A DNA stretch of 64,000 nucleotides from Candidatus Coatesbacteria bacterium (GTDB lineage Bacteria; JAFGND01). The notes below the pieces were generated by a model that was not told the origin of the DNA, did not search any database, and saw only the letters and a list, made by a program, of their open reading frames with translations. The position numbers and the translations under genes are program-made. Below, one piece after another: positions 30,470 through 40,082 of this stretch. Location: contig JAFGND010000023.1 in the NCBI GenBank assembly GCA_016927185.1, forward strand, positions 1 through 64,000, written 5' to 3'. Position 1 is the stretch's first letter. Each line of letters begins with the position of its first letter.

Positions 30470-32650
30470 TTACTTTATTTTTCTTATCTTAAGAGATCCC
30501 CAGATATAACCACTAGGATATCCCCATTTTGTCTTTGCATTGTTTTCAGACCAGAAATTTGGATTTTCAGTAATAATTACTTTGTCCAAAGAATTGATCC
30601 TCCCTGTCCATGTTGCATTTTTTTTATTTGCTTTGAGTACTATAACAGGATTAGGTAATGTATTTTTGAAAAAAGGATAATCTTTTCCAATGAAAACATA
30701 AAGATCTCTTTCACCTTCTTTCAGATTTTCATACCCTCTATTATAATTCCATGGTATATATTTGAAGTAGTTTTCATCAGCTCCCTTTACTTTGGATAAA
30801 GTATTGGGATAATCATAGTTTAACGTTATTTCATATTCACCTTCAGGAAATATGAACTGGCAAAATTGGGAGCAAGTATCATACTTCAAAGAGCTTTGAA
30901 AAGGGATTTTGCTTTCAGGCTGAATTAAAGATAATCTATTAGTATCTTTTCTTATCAGTGATAGACCAGCAATAGATAAAGGAGCTAACCATTCACCAAA
31001 GTCAATCCCGCTCGTTCCGATAAGATGTCCATTTTTTTTGTTAGGATTATGCATAAGCCCATAATAGTGCCATGGAAGAGCAAGATCAGGATAGATACCA
31101 GTACTGAAGCAGTAGTAAACAAGATGTGTTACAGGAAAATCACGGTTTTCATTATTCCAATCATTAACAATATGTATATACTCATTCATTAATCTTGCTG
31201 TCTTAAGTTCATTTAATATTGGCGTCCTTGCTATAATTGACTTGGAGATGTTTTCATTTTTTGAAAAATTACTTAATAATTTTGTTTTAACCTTAACGAA
31301 ATCACCATACCAATCAGGTATCTTATACTTGCCTGAGAGAAAGGTTCGCCAAAGATCATTTATATATTCGGCATAAAGATCAATAATATCTCTGTTACTA
31401 TTCATATCATAAGATAGTATTTTTCCCCATTCAGGGAATACTTTATTATCTCTTCTATATTCATCTACTACGTCTAGTCTAGCTATTTGTGGGTATCCAA
31501 ATTCAGTTATTGCAAGGTTTTGAGGCATTCCAAATTTTTTATATTTTCTAAGAAAATCCCTGCACCATTCAATTTCAGACCTTAAAGTCATAGGAACACC
31601 AGGATTTCTTCCTGATCCGAAATTATACTGTATTGCCTCGTAAGGACTTCTATATTTAAATCTGTATAAATGAACAGAAACTGAATTGAAGAAGATTTGA
31701 GAGATACCAATTTCATCATTCTTGTAGTTTTTTCTTATTTTTCTTACTTCTTCACAAAACATATCAGATAAAGCATATGAATAATCAGAACCTGCTTGAT
31801 TATTAATATCACTATTCCAGTCTTGCCATTTTATAAGGCTTTGTCTTGGGCCAGAGCATTCCAGATTTCCCCAGAAAACTTCAGAGGGACAGTCAAGTTC
31901 GTCAAGTTTTTTAAGATTTCCCTTCCACTTATCGTACTGAACCAACGCTCTTTTCAAGCCTCTCATGGCAGCTCTTGTCATTGCCAGTTTTATATAGAGT
32001 GGAGCAGCTCCTACTCCTATTTGCCCGTTTCCCTTTTTTACTCCTGTAGCACATTCAAAAATAAACCAATACTCATTTCCAATTATAAACTTCACTTTTT
32101 TAAAGCAATTTTCAGGATTATCTTTAAATATCTCCATAAATGATTTGGCTACTGAATAGCAAAAATACTCATAAGTCTGTTGATTTCTTATAGAATCAAA
32201 TGGAATTCTTTCGTTAATAAAAATGTAAGAACTATCAGAAGGTGCCCATCTATATATATGACCATTTTTGGGATATTCATAGAAACCAATACCCATTCTG
32301 GATTTAACAGATGATATTTCTGGCATTGCTGTGGATAAAACAATGAATACAGTATTTTCGTTATTCCTTCTTATCCAGAAAGCAGCAGTTTTCTCAAGTT
32401 CATCTTTAAGTTTCTGGGGGTTGAAACCGCTTGCAGCATAATAATCTGGGAAAGAAAGAAAATATTGAGAATTTCTTATTCCCATTTTGATTGCAACTTT
32501 GGCAGCTGCTTCATTGTATATTCGTGATTTGTATCTGCAGAGATACATTGCTCCTAATTGAAAACTCAATTCCTGCTCAGCATGAATGGAATTTGCAAAA
32601 GCAAGTAATAGAATGATAATCATTTTTTGAATAGTTTTTTTATGAGCCAT
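30470..32650 (-). CDS. Secreted hypothetical protein (possible glycoside hydrolase-like)
   Basis: 726 aa; signal peptide (MIIILLLAFANSIHA); no confident family. Confidence 0.5.
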   Translation of the reverse strand: MAHKKTIQKMIIILLLAFANSIHAEQELSFQLGAMYLCRYKSRIYNEAAAKVAIKMGIRNSQYFLSFPDYYAASGFNPQKLKDELEKTAAFWIRRNNENTVFIVLSTAMPEISSVKSRMGIGFYEYPKNGHIYRWAPSDSSYIFINERIPFDSIRNQQTYEYFCYSVAKSFMEIFKDNPENCFKKVKFIIGNEYWFIFECATGVKKGNGQIGVGAAPLYIKLAMTRAAMRGLKRALVQYDKWKGNLKKLDELDCPSEVFWGNLECSGPRQSLIKWQDWNSDINNQAGSDYSYALSDMFCEEVRKIRKNYKNDEIGISQIFFNSVSVHLYRFKYRSPYEAIQYNFGSGRNPGVPMTLRSEIEWCRDFLRKYKKFGMPQNLAITEFGYPQIARLDVVDEYRRDNKVFPEWGKILSYDMNSNRDIIDLYAEYINDLWRTFLSGKYKIPDWYGDFVKVKTKLLSNFSKNENISKSIIARTPILNELKTARLMNEYIHIVNDWNNENRDFPVTHLVYYCFSTGIYPDLALPWHYYGLMHNPNKKNGHLIGTSGIDFGEWLAPLSIAGLSLIRKDTNRLSLIQPESKIPFQSSLKYDTCSQFCQFIFPEGEYEITLNYDYPNTLSKVKGADENYFKYIPWNYNRGYENLKEGERDLYVFIGKDYPFFKNTLPNPVIVLKANKKNATWTGRINSLDKVIITENPNFWSENNAKTKWGYPSGYIWGSLKIRKIK

Positions 32651-33918
32651 AATAACTCCATAATTTTCAATATCAGATTAACAAATACAGAAAGAGGGAA
32701 CGGATTATAAAATTTCGGCTCCAATAAGTCATCATCTTTGTCAATTATCTCTTTTTCGATGGATATCTTTTGAAGCTCAGTATTTGGATAAATTCTCATA
32801 GTAACAATAAATAATCCATGAAGAGCTAGTAGCTTCCCCAAATGTAGTTTCGCTTTTATTATGAAAGATATTGTTTTTACAAGGCTGAATATGGTTTCCC
32901 CTGGAGCATTAAGCATGAAGTCATAACCAACACGAAGGTTTGCCTTTTTTGCCAGCATGTAAGTCTTTTTTAAGTCTTTTGAAGTAATTTCCTTTCTCAG
33001 ATTATTAAGTATTTTATTATCAGCACTATCAGGGCTGAAAATAGCCTGTTTGCAACCGGATTCTTTCATTAAATTGAAAAAATCCATATCAAGATTTTTT
33101 TCATAAAACCATGCTGTCCATTTAATACCAATCTCATTTTCTATAATGCTTTTCAATAATGATTTAGTATATTCATACGGAATATTGAATATCTGATCAG
33201 CAAAAAAAACATTCTTAATTCCTATCTTTTCCATATCTTTAAGCTCATTAACAATATCCTCAACAGGTCTTGTAAAAATATTGCTTCCTAAAAGGTGTTT
33301 ATCACTGCAATGAATACAGTTAAGAATACAACCTCTTCTGGTTTGTATTCCATATGCATTTTCAAATCTTGCATAAAGCTCTACTGGAATAATAGTTCTA
33401 TCAGGGGTAACAAGCTTATTCTTTTCATCGTCAGTCTGATTAAAAGAGTATTTTATTGTCTGATTGAACCTATAATAAACTCCTGCAACTTTTTGTGGTT
33501 TATACAGATTCTGAAGCAATTTTGGAAATGTGACTTCAGCGCTTCCAAAAAGACCGTAATCTATTTCATTATAAATCCTCATTAGAGGTTCAGCAAACAA
33601 TGAAAATCCCATTCCACCTGCAATAAGCACTGAATCAGGTTGTACTCTTTTTGCTATTCTTATCAGGTTATGATGCTCATCAACTATATTTGCATGCTTC
33701 CTTATTGTTGCAACTTTAATGTTTCTTATTCCAAAGCCTATCACATCATATTTATACTTATCAAGCATATTTAAGTATTCATCTTCTGTTGAGACATTTA
33801 TATCTAATCCATATATTTCATGGTTTTCTTTTAGTACTGTTTTAAGACAAGCCAATCCAAGCGGATAAATAGGTGGTTCTTCAGGTGAAGTGAAAGATTG
33901 AACTAAAAGTATTTTCAT
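32620..33918 (-). CDS. B12-binding radical SAM enzyme (class B)
   Basis: 432 aa; N-terminal cobalamin-binding Rossmann region then CxxxCxxC (RRGCILNCIHC). Confidence 0.8.
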   Translation of the reverse strand: MKILLVQSFTSPEEPPIYPLGLACLKTVLKENHEIYGLDINVSTEDEYLNMLDKYKYDVIGFGIRNIKVATIRKHANIVDEHHNLIRIAKRVQPDSVLIAGGMGFSLFAEPLMRIYNEIDYGLFGSAEVTFPKLLQNLYKPQKVAGVYYRFNQTIKYSFNQTDDEKNKLVTPDRTIIPVELYARFENAYGIQTRRGCILNCIHCSDKHLLGSNIFTRPVEDIVNELKDMEKIGIKNVFFADQIFNIPYEYTKSLLKSIIENEIGIKWTAWFYEKNLDMDFFNLMKESGCKQAIFSPDSADNKILNNLRKEITSKDLKKTYMLAKKANLRVGYDFMLNAPGETIFSLVKTISFIIKAKLHLGKLLALHGLFIVTMRIYPNTELQKISIEKEIIDKDDDLLEPKFYNPFPLSVFVNLILKIMELLWLIKKLFKK

Positions 33919-35474
33919 TACCAGCCAACACCAATTCTCTGTTTCAGATGAAACAAAATTCCGAATAGCCTTCCTGAAAAAACTGCTTTCAAACCTTTTT
34001 CCAAGAATCTTAATCTTTCTAACCAGAAGTAAAGAGAATTATAGAATTTATTGAATTTATCCTTGTGTAAATATTTAACATACCTGGGAGTAGCTAGTTT
34101 CCTTATAATTCCTTTTGGAAGGAGACTATAACATGCTAGATAAATAAGAAAATTAAGGTAATCTCCTTTTGGAATACCAAATGGATGCCTGTTTATCTCA
34201 AGTTCTTCATCTTTGATCAATCCTTCTTTCTTTGCTCTTTCATAAAGCGGAGTTCCATGAAAGAAGGTCAATGAAGAAAGGCAAGTATCATATGGTTGGG
34301 GAAGCTTAAGTATGGTCTCAAGTGTAGTCAAAAGAGCTTCTTCTGTCTCCCATGGATTATCCAGTATTATATGGTATCTTGGAGCCAGCATTTTCTCTTT
34401 TCTTGTATTCAGTATCTGTATTGATTTTCTTATCCTGTCTGTTCCTGTTTGCCTTTCATAACAAGCTTCGGTTTCAGAACTGGTCGTTTGTATGCCCATT
34501 TCCAGATACATCAGACCTGCATCAATAAGCAAATCTATTTTTTGTTCAGTTAAAGTGGCAGGACTTGTTTGAGCATAGATTGGCAGATTGATTTCCTCTT
34601 TGTATTTCTGTACGAGTTCTTCAAGATATTTAAACGGTGTTGCAAAAAATGTATCATCAAAAAACTGTATACCGCTATACCATGGATATTTATCAATTGC
34701 CAGTTTCATTTCCTTTATTATATTATCAACAGATCGTCGCCTTGAATGCATCTGGTTTTTATATAGTTTGTGATAGAGATTATTTATGCAATATGAACAA
34801 GAGTGAGGACATCCTCTTGTTGTCATAAGTCTGTAACAAATCCTTCTTTTACCATCAGTATGTGAAATACGAGGAGCATGGTATTTATATGTTTCTTCAG
34901 TCAATGGGACAATCTCTTTCTTGTGTTCCATATATATGAAGTGGCCTTCAGTGTCTATGTCACAATATGGAAGATTATCTACATCCTGAAGCAAGGGGGC
35001 TAGATTATTATACTTGATTAATCCGTCTTTTTTATATGCAAGATTAGGTACATTTTCAAAAGGTAGCTGCCTTGCAAGAGCTAGAATTGCTTCTTCTCCT
35101 TCTCCAATGCAAACTGCATCAACTTCATTCAGGGATGATTCAATATTAACCATTGTATGGACTCCGCCCCAGATTATCTTTCCTCCAAATCTGGATCTTA
35201 ATCCCCTTGTAAGCTGTAAGCCTCTGTCATAATATAATGACATGAAAGAAAAACCAGCTATTTCGCTATCCTGTGATAATTCAATCAGTTGACTAATCAC
35301 TTTTTCAGGATATCTATAAACATAATTAACTGTATGCCTGTAATTATTTATACCGCCTGGGAAAAAAACTATTCTTGTTTTGAAGCCATGATGCTTAAGG
35401 TAAGCACTTAATGCTCTGATACCAAATGCACTTATATCAAAAGGAGTAGGAGTAACAAGAAGAATAGGTTTCAT
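33918..35474 (-). CDS. B12-binding radical SAM enzyme (class B), second copy
   Basis: 518 aa; N-terminal B12-binding-like domain, TTRGCPHSCSYC radical SAM cluster motif; stop overlaps start of downstream rSAM. Confidence 0.8.
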   Translation of the reverse strand: MKPILLVTPTPFDISAFGIRALSAYLKHHGFKTRIVFFPGGINNYRHTVNYVYRYPEKVISQLIELSQDSEIAGFSFMSLYYDRGLQLTRGLRSRFGGKIIWGGVHTMVNIESSLNEVDAVCIGEGEEAILALARQLPFENVPNLAYKKDGLIKYNNLAPLLQDVDNLPYCDIDTEGHFIYMEHKKEIVPLTEETYKYHAPRISHTDGKRRICYRLMTTRGCPHSCSYCINNLYHKLYKNQMHSRRRSVDNIIKEMKLAIDKYPWYSGIQFFDDTFFATPFKYLEELVQKYKEEINLPIYAQTSPATLTEQKIDLLIDAGLMYLEMGIQTTSSETEACYERQTGTDRIRKSIQILNTRKEKMLAPRYHIILDNPWETEEALLTTLETILKLPQPYDTCLSSLTFFHGTPLYERAKKEGLIKDEELEINRHPFGIPKGDYLNFLIYLACYSLLPKGIIRKLATPRYVKYLHKDKFNKFYNSLYFWLERLRFLEKGLKAVFSGRLFGILFHLKQRIGVGW

Positions 35475-35481
35475 TACAGTT

Positions 35482-36234
35482 TTAATTTATTGCCTTCAAT
35501 CCTTCTTTTATTCTAATCAAATTACCATTTTCTTTTATAATGCTTATAACATGTTTTGCCAGACACCAGGTTAGAATGGTATTATCCAGAGCATTCTTTA
35601 TCTTTGTTTCATTTGGATCCGAAATGAAATAAAAGAATGGGAGGCTTAAAAAGAAATCTTCCTTATATTGTGTTTGATATAAATATAGCGGGAAAAGTAT
35701 TTCATCACCTTCTTGCGGTATTTTATACTCGCCAAGCGAATAATAAAATTCAGGTGAGTGTATCCTGACAACTACTCTTGGTTTTCCTTTAGTTATATTA
35801 TATACGAAGTCTTTTCCCCAAAATATCTCATTTATCTCTATTTCCAGCCTTGTTTTTTTTGTCCAGAGATAATAGTGTGCAGGATCAGTATTCATAAGAT
35901 CAGGGATCGGAGTATAGGACACAGAAATGACCTTAGCTCGACATAAGACATTGGCAGCAGCAATATTTATCCAGAATCTCTCGGGACAATTCCTGAATCC
36001 ATAATGCCAATTAGGAAAGCATTCCAGTTTTATCTTCCATGAATTCAACATGATTGATCTATATACAGGGAGGAAACTATCCTTTGCAGATTCAAACACC
36101 TTGGGATCTAATTTAAAAGGCAATTCAGTATTTTTATAAAAACTGCAATCCCATGTATTATAATTCAGGAATTTGTCTTTTTCAGGAAATTTCGAAAACG
36201 AAACAATAATAAGTAAAAATCCCCAACAAAACAT
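35482..36234 (-). CDS. Hypothetical protein, first gene of rSAM operon
   Basis: 250 aa; N-terminal hydrophobic signal-like segment. Confidence 0.5.
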   Translation of the reverse strand: MFCWGFLLIIVSFSKFPEKDKFLNYNTWDCSFYKNTELPFKLDPKVFESAKDSFLPVYRSIMLNSWKIKLECFPNWHYGFRNCPERFWINIAAANVLCRAKVISVSYTPIPDLMNTDPAHYYLWTKKTRLEIEINEIFWGKDFVYNITKGKPRVVVRIHSPEFYYSLGEYKIPQEGDEILFPLYLYQTQYKEDFFLSLPFFYFISDPNETKIKNALDNTILTWCLAKHVISIIKENGNLIRIKEGLKAIN

Positions 36235-36401
36235 ACTAGTCTCCTTTTTTGATTAGTTTGATAAGCAGATATACTCAAAACTGTCAATTGGAAAAACTAT
36301 ATTATTAAAGTATGCAAAGAAAAAACTAATCTAATTGCTACTTTACTAATTTATGAAAGAAAATATTCCAGGATAGATTTCATGGGTCAAAGATGAGTTT
36401 T

Positions 36402-36773
36402 TTATCTCTTTGACACTGAAAAAGTCCCGCTGGCTGTACCATCATCATCTGGATAATACCATTTACCATTAACATTATCCTGTTCAAATGCTCCTTCAAT
36501 TCTGCCTTGATGATCCAGATCAATATATATCTTGAATTTACCTTGTTCATCAATCTTGCCGTACCAGCCAGAAAACTCTTTTTCAACTTCTTCCTCTGAA
36601 AGTTTTACCCTTATCTTTATATAACCATTATTGATATTATTGTCTTTAACATTGAAATAAATGGGAAGAGATTGATTTGTCTGACCTGAATAATCGCCAT
36701 AAGCAGTATTATCTCCGGGATCTGTACAGGATAAAATGAAGAAACAAAAGCAAAATATAATAAGTGCTTTCAT
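36402..36773 (-). CDS. Small lipoprotein
   Basis: 123 aa; lipobox FFILSC at end of signal peptide. Confidence 0.55.
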   Translation of the reverse strand: MKALIIFCFCFFILSCTDPGDNTAYGDYSGQTNQSLPIYFNVKDNNINNGYIKIRVKLSEEEVEKEFSGWYGKIDEQGKFKIYIDLDHQGRIEGAFEQDNVNGKWYYPDDDGTASGTFSVSKR

Positions 36774-36792
36774 GTCTATATTTTACGGACAA

Positions 36793-37512
36793 TCACAAAA
36801 GATTTCTGTGAGGTGAAAGTATTTCTGCTATTTGCTTTCCCATAAGTATATATTGCTTGAGTTCTTCCTTATCCTCTATCAAACCAGTTTTTTGAAAAGT
36901 TGCATCATGACCTTCCAGGGTAAAATCTATGTTGTTATATTTGAAACTGCACATGGCAATAAAAACCTGCTTGAAATGGCTATTGACAACTTGTATGGCT
37001 GAATCAGGATTATTGCATTTTATAATGTATTGCCCGTCAAAGTCAGGATCACCTATTTCTATGTCTTGCATACCAAGGGATTTTCCTATCTTTGAAAAAA
37101 AACCTTCTGGATAGATCCTGAGTTTGTATTCATAAGGTTTTTCGAATTCAATGAAAATATCAGTATAGAAGATTGGGTTTTTACCTCCTGAAGAATGATA
37201 AGTACAACGGAGTTTTGAACCTTTCAAAGGCAATTCCAAAACAGGAAATCCTGTATTCCTGGGAATATTATTCGGATTGAGTAATTCCTTTGATTTTCCT
37301 TGAAAAATAAAGGAGGTTAAGTCTATAAATTTCAAAGGTTTTTCATATATAGCTCCAATCTCAAGAGCAATTTCCTCAAATACTTTATGTCTACGTTCTG
37401 ATCTTTTTTTTGCTGAAATTATGGAATAACTAAGAGAGATTATAAATATTGAGAGGAACAAAATGAACATGATAACTGGAAACATATTTGACAGTAGATT
37501 ACCGAAATTCAT
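36793..37512 (-). CDS. Membrane-anchored hypothetical protein (paralog A)
   Basis: 239 aa; single N-terminal TM; shares DxDFDxxYxIKxxNPDxA motif with adjacent 216-aa ORF. Confidence 0.55.
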   Translation of the reverse strand: MNFGNLLSNMFPVIMFILFLSIFIISLSYSIISAKKRSERRHKVFEEIALEIGAIYEKPLKFIDLTSFIFQGKSKELLNPNNIPRNTGFPVLELPLKGSKLRCTYHSSGGKNPIFYTDIFIEFEKPYEYKLRIYPEGFFSKIGKSLGMQDIEIGDPDFDGQYIIKCNNPDSAIQVVNSHFKQVFIAMCSFKYNNIDFTLEGHDATFQKTGLIEDKEELKQYILMGKQIAEILSPHRNLL

Positions 37513-37521
37513 ATATACTCC

Positions 37522-38172
37522 TTATAGCTGTTTACGTAAGTTATTACTAAAAGTTTCTCCCAGCTCTTTTGAATTCACAAGAAAGAGTTTCAAATTATCT
37601 TTGTTACAGATTGATATATCTCTGTCAATATTAATTTCAGCTTCATTTATGATTATTGTCATGAAATCCTTCTTGTCTCCATGAATACCTCTGATGCAAT
37701 TCTTTATATTATTATTCAAAATTTTTCTAGCCTTATCCGGATTATCAGTTTTTATTTTATATTCTTTATCAAAATCACTATCATTAGTTTCTATTTCTAT
37801 CAAATGGACTTCTTTTGGGAAAGGAGAAGCCATATTCAAAATCTCATATAAATCCTCAGGAATGATTAAAATCTTGCAAAATAATGAGTTATAGAGGTTC
37901 AGTATTAGTTTGTTTTCGTTCTTCTTATGAATGAAGACTCCTTCTCCTCCTTTGAATCTGAATTCTATTTGCAGATGTCTTTCTTGATCATTTCCTGAAA
38001 TTTTAATTCCTTCCATAAAAAAAGGTTCAATGTCTTTTATGAAATCAGTGCTTATGCTTCTATTCCTTCTATAAGCTATTCTTGAAAGAAAATAAATAAC
38101 AATGATGATTAATGCCATTTTGAAGTAAATTGAATTTGTAATAATCATGATATTATTAATAATATTATTCAT
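37522..38172 (-). CDS. Membrane-anchored hypothetical protein (paralog B)
   Basis: 216 aa; single N-terminal TM; conserved motif NDSDFDKEYKIKTDNPDKA matching paralog A. Confidence 0.55.
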   Translation of the reverse strand: MNNIINNIMIITNSIYFKMALIIIVIYFLSRIAYRRNRSISTDFIKDIEPFFMEGIKISGNDQERHLQIEFRFKGGEGVFIHKKNENKLILNLYNSLFCKILIIPEDLYEILNMASPFPKEVHLIEIETNDSDFDKEYKIKTDNPDKARKILNNNIKNCIRGIHGDKKDFMTIIINEAEINIDRDISICNKDNLKLFLVNSKELGETFSNNLRKQL

Positions 38173-38211
38173 TACCTATTTTCAGATCAAGTATTTACTG
38201 GAATCAATAAA

Positions 38212-39480
38212 TTAATAATCAAGAAGAAAATTCAGTATATATTCACCGACATTCTGAATAGATATGCATTCTGGCATTAATTGATTTGTTATACGGAATG
38301 CATTGTCATATGTATGGCAGCCAGTTATATGAGTACTATTAAAAACTTCCTTAGTATTAAGCCTTGCTTTTAAATCGTAACCATGCTTCGGAAGAATTAC
38401 CATGTCTGGTGCAATATCCAGAAACTCGCCTTTATATATATCTTCTTTCCTGAATACTTTTTCTATTACTGCTTCATTATTATATTTCAATGTAAAGAGT
38501 TTGCTCTCAAGATCATCAAGGTATTTTTTACAGTCTTCTTCGGAAATTTCAAGACCATTTTCAAATATCTCTCTTTTATTCAAATATATCCTTCCTGGAT
38601 CCAGAGACATGAATAATGATTTTCCGCTAATATCTTCTATGCTTGCAGGATGGCTTTTATTCAGTACCATTAAGTTATTCTCGATAAGCCAGTTATTTAT
38701 ATATATTTCCTGCTTTAATCCAGTGAAACCATGATCTGAAAGCATAATGAACGGATTTTCATCAAAAAAATCATCAACCAATCTTCCAAACAGTTTGTCT
38801 ATCTTGTTGAAATATTCCATAACAAATGAGTGATATATATTACTTTTATCTGTAATTGCATGATGCATGAAATGCAGAAGCCTATCAGTTTCAGTAATAA
38901 CTCCTATCCATAAATCGTACTTGTCTTTCAAAGTCAACCTGAAACTTTTTTCCCTTATTTCGAGCATCTCAATTAAATCTTTTACAAGGAAATCCAAATC
39001 TTTTGCTTTAGTCAAATCAACATCTATTCTATATTTCATGTCCTTTAAATCCCTGTAGAAGGAAAGCGGATATACTGATTTTTCCAGTTCTAATGCCACA
39101 AAACCCGAAACCATAAGTCCATTTATCGGGGTAGCAGGATATGTACTTGGTAAATTAATGACTGCTGAAGTCATATTCTTCTCAGCTATTATTTCCCATA
39201 AAGTTTTCTTTTTCCTGTCTTTACTGTTGGGAAAAGTCAAGCTATATGATGGTCTGTTAAAATCCATGAATCCAAATATGCCATGCTCAGCAGGATTTGA
39301 AGCAGTCATGAAAGATGTCCATGCAACTGACGAAATAGGCGGGTAAGAGCTCAGAAGAGGGACAAAGCTGGATTCAGATTGATCTATATAACTTTTGAAA
39401 TTTGGCATTATCCCGGCATCAATATATTCGCTTATCAGACTGAATGGAGTCCCGTCTAATCCCAGTACATAAAAAGCCAT
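38212..39480 (-). CDS. Cytoplasmic alkaline-phosphatase-superfamily enzyme (type I phosphodiesterase/nucleotide pyrophosphatase-like)
   Basis: 422 aa; no signal peptide; LGLDGT, PPISSVAWTSF...HGIFGF, LSDHGF motifs; stop overlaps cysC start. Confidence 0.75.
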   Translation of the reverse strand: MAFYVLGLDGTPFSLISEYIDAGIMPNFKSYIDQSESSFVPLLSSYPPISSVAWTSFMTASNPAEHGIFGFMDFNRPSYSLTFPNSKDRKKKTLWEIIAEKNMTSAVINLPSTYPATPINGLMVSGFVALELEKSVYPLSFYRDLKDMKYRIDVDLTKAKDLDFLVKDLIEMLEIREKSFRLTLKDKYDLWIGVITETDRLLHFMHHAITDKSNIYHSFVMEYFNKIDKLFGRLVDDFFDENPFIMLSDHGFTGLKQEIYINNWLIENNLMVLNKSHPASIEDISGKSLFMSLDPGRIYLNKREIFENGLEISEEDCKKYLDDLESKLFTLKYNNEAVIEKVFRKEDIYKGEFLDIAPDMVILPKHGYDLKARLNTKEVFNSTHITGCHTYDNAFRITNQLMPECISIQNVGEYILNFLLDY

Positions 39481-40079
39481 TAAATATATCCCAGATCTTC
39501 AAGTCTTTTCTTGATTTTTGCTTCTTCATCAGGGGAATAAACATTCTTTATGAAAGTGCGATTTGTTATGAAACCTTTTTCTTGAAGATAATTCAGTATT
39601 GTTTCCACGCTTTCCTCTATAGATGTATTTTTTAACTCAATTTCAGGATTTAATGGTGGTTCATAAGGATCATCCACTCCAGTGAAGTCTTTTATTTCAC
39701 CTTTTCTTGCTTTTGCATACATTCCCTTTACATCCCTTTGTTCACATATTTCAATTGGGGTATTCATATATACCTCTATGAAATTCGTACAGGATTGTCT
39801 GGCATCAAAACGCGCTTTCCTGTAAGGTGAAATAAAAGAGACAATAACAGCAACTTCATTTCTGGATAAAAGCTTTGCTACAAAAGTAACTCTATCGATA
39901 TTTTTATCCCTGTCTTCTTTTGAAAATCCAAGATCCTTGCATAAGGATTTTCTGACAACATCCCCATCAAGTCTCTCCACCTTCAATCCTAGATCTGTCA
40001 ACTCCTTTGCTAAAGCATCTGCTATAGTTGTTTTTCCAGAACATGGTAAACCGGTAAACCAAATACAAAATCCATTCAT
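39480..40079 (-). CDS. cysC: Adenylylsulfate (APS) kinase
   Basis: 199 aa; FWFTGLPCSGKTT P-loop, LDGDVVR, classic CysC. Confidence 0.9.
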   Translation of the reverse strand: MNGFCIWFTGLPCSGKTTIADALAKELTDLGLKVERLDGDVVRKSLCKDLGFSKEDRDKNIDRVTFVAKLLSRNEVAVIVSFISPYRKARFDARQSCTNFIEVYMNTPIEICEQRDVKGMYAKARKGEIKDFTGVDDPYEPPLNPEIELKNTSIEESVETILNYLQEKGFITNRTFIKNVYSPDEEAKIKKRLEDLGYI

Positions 40080-40082
40080 TTA

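Noticed and set aside
36380-36586. 68-aa ORF overlapping the 3' end of the lipoprotein gene
   Set aside because: Out-of-frame overlap with a better-supported lipoprotein ORF that has a lipobox. There are no independent translation signals.
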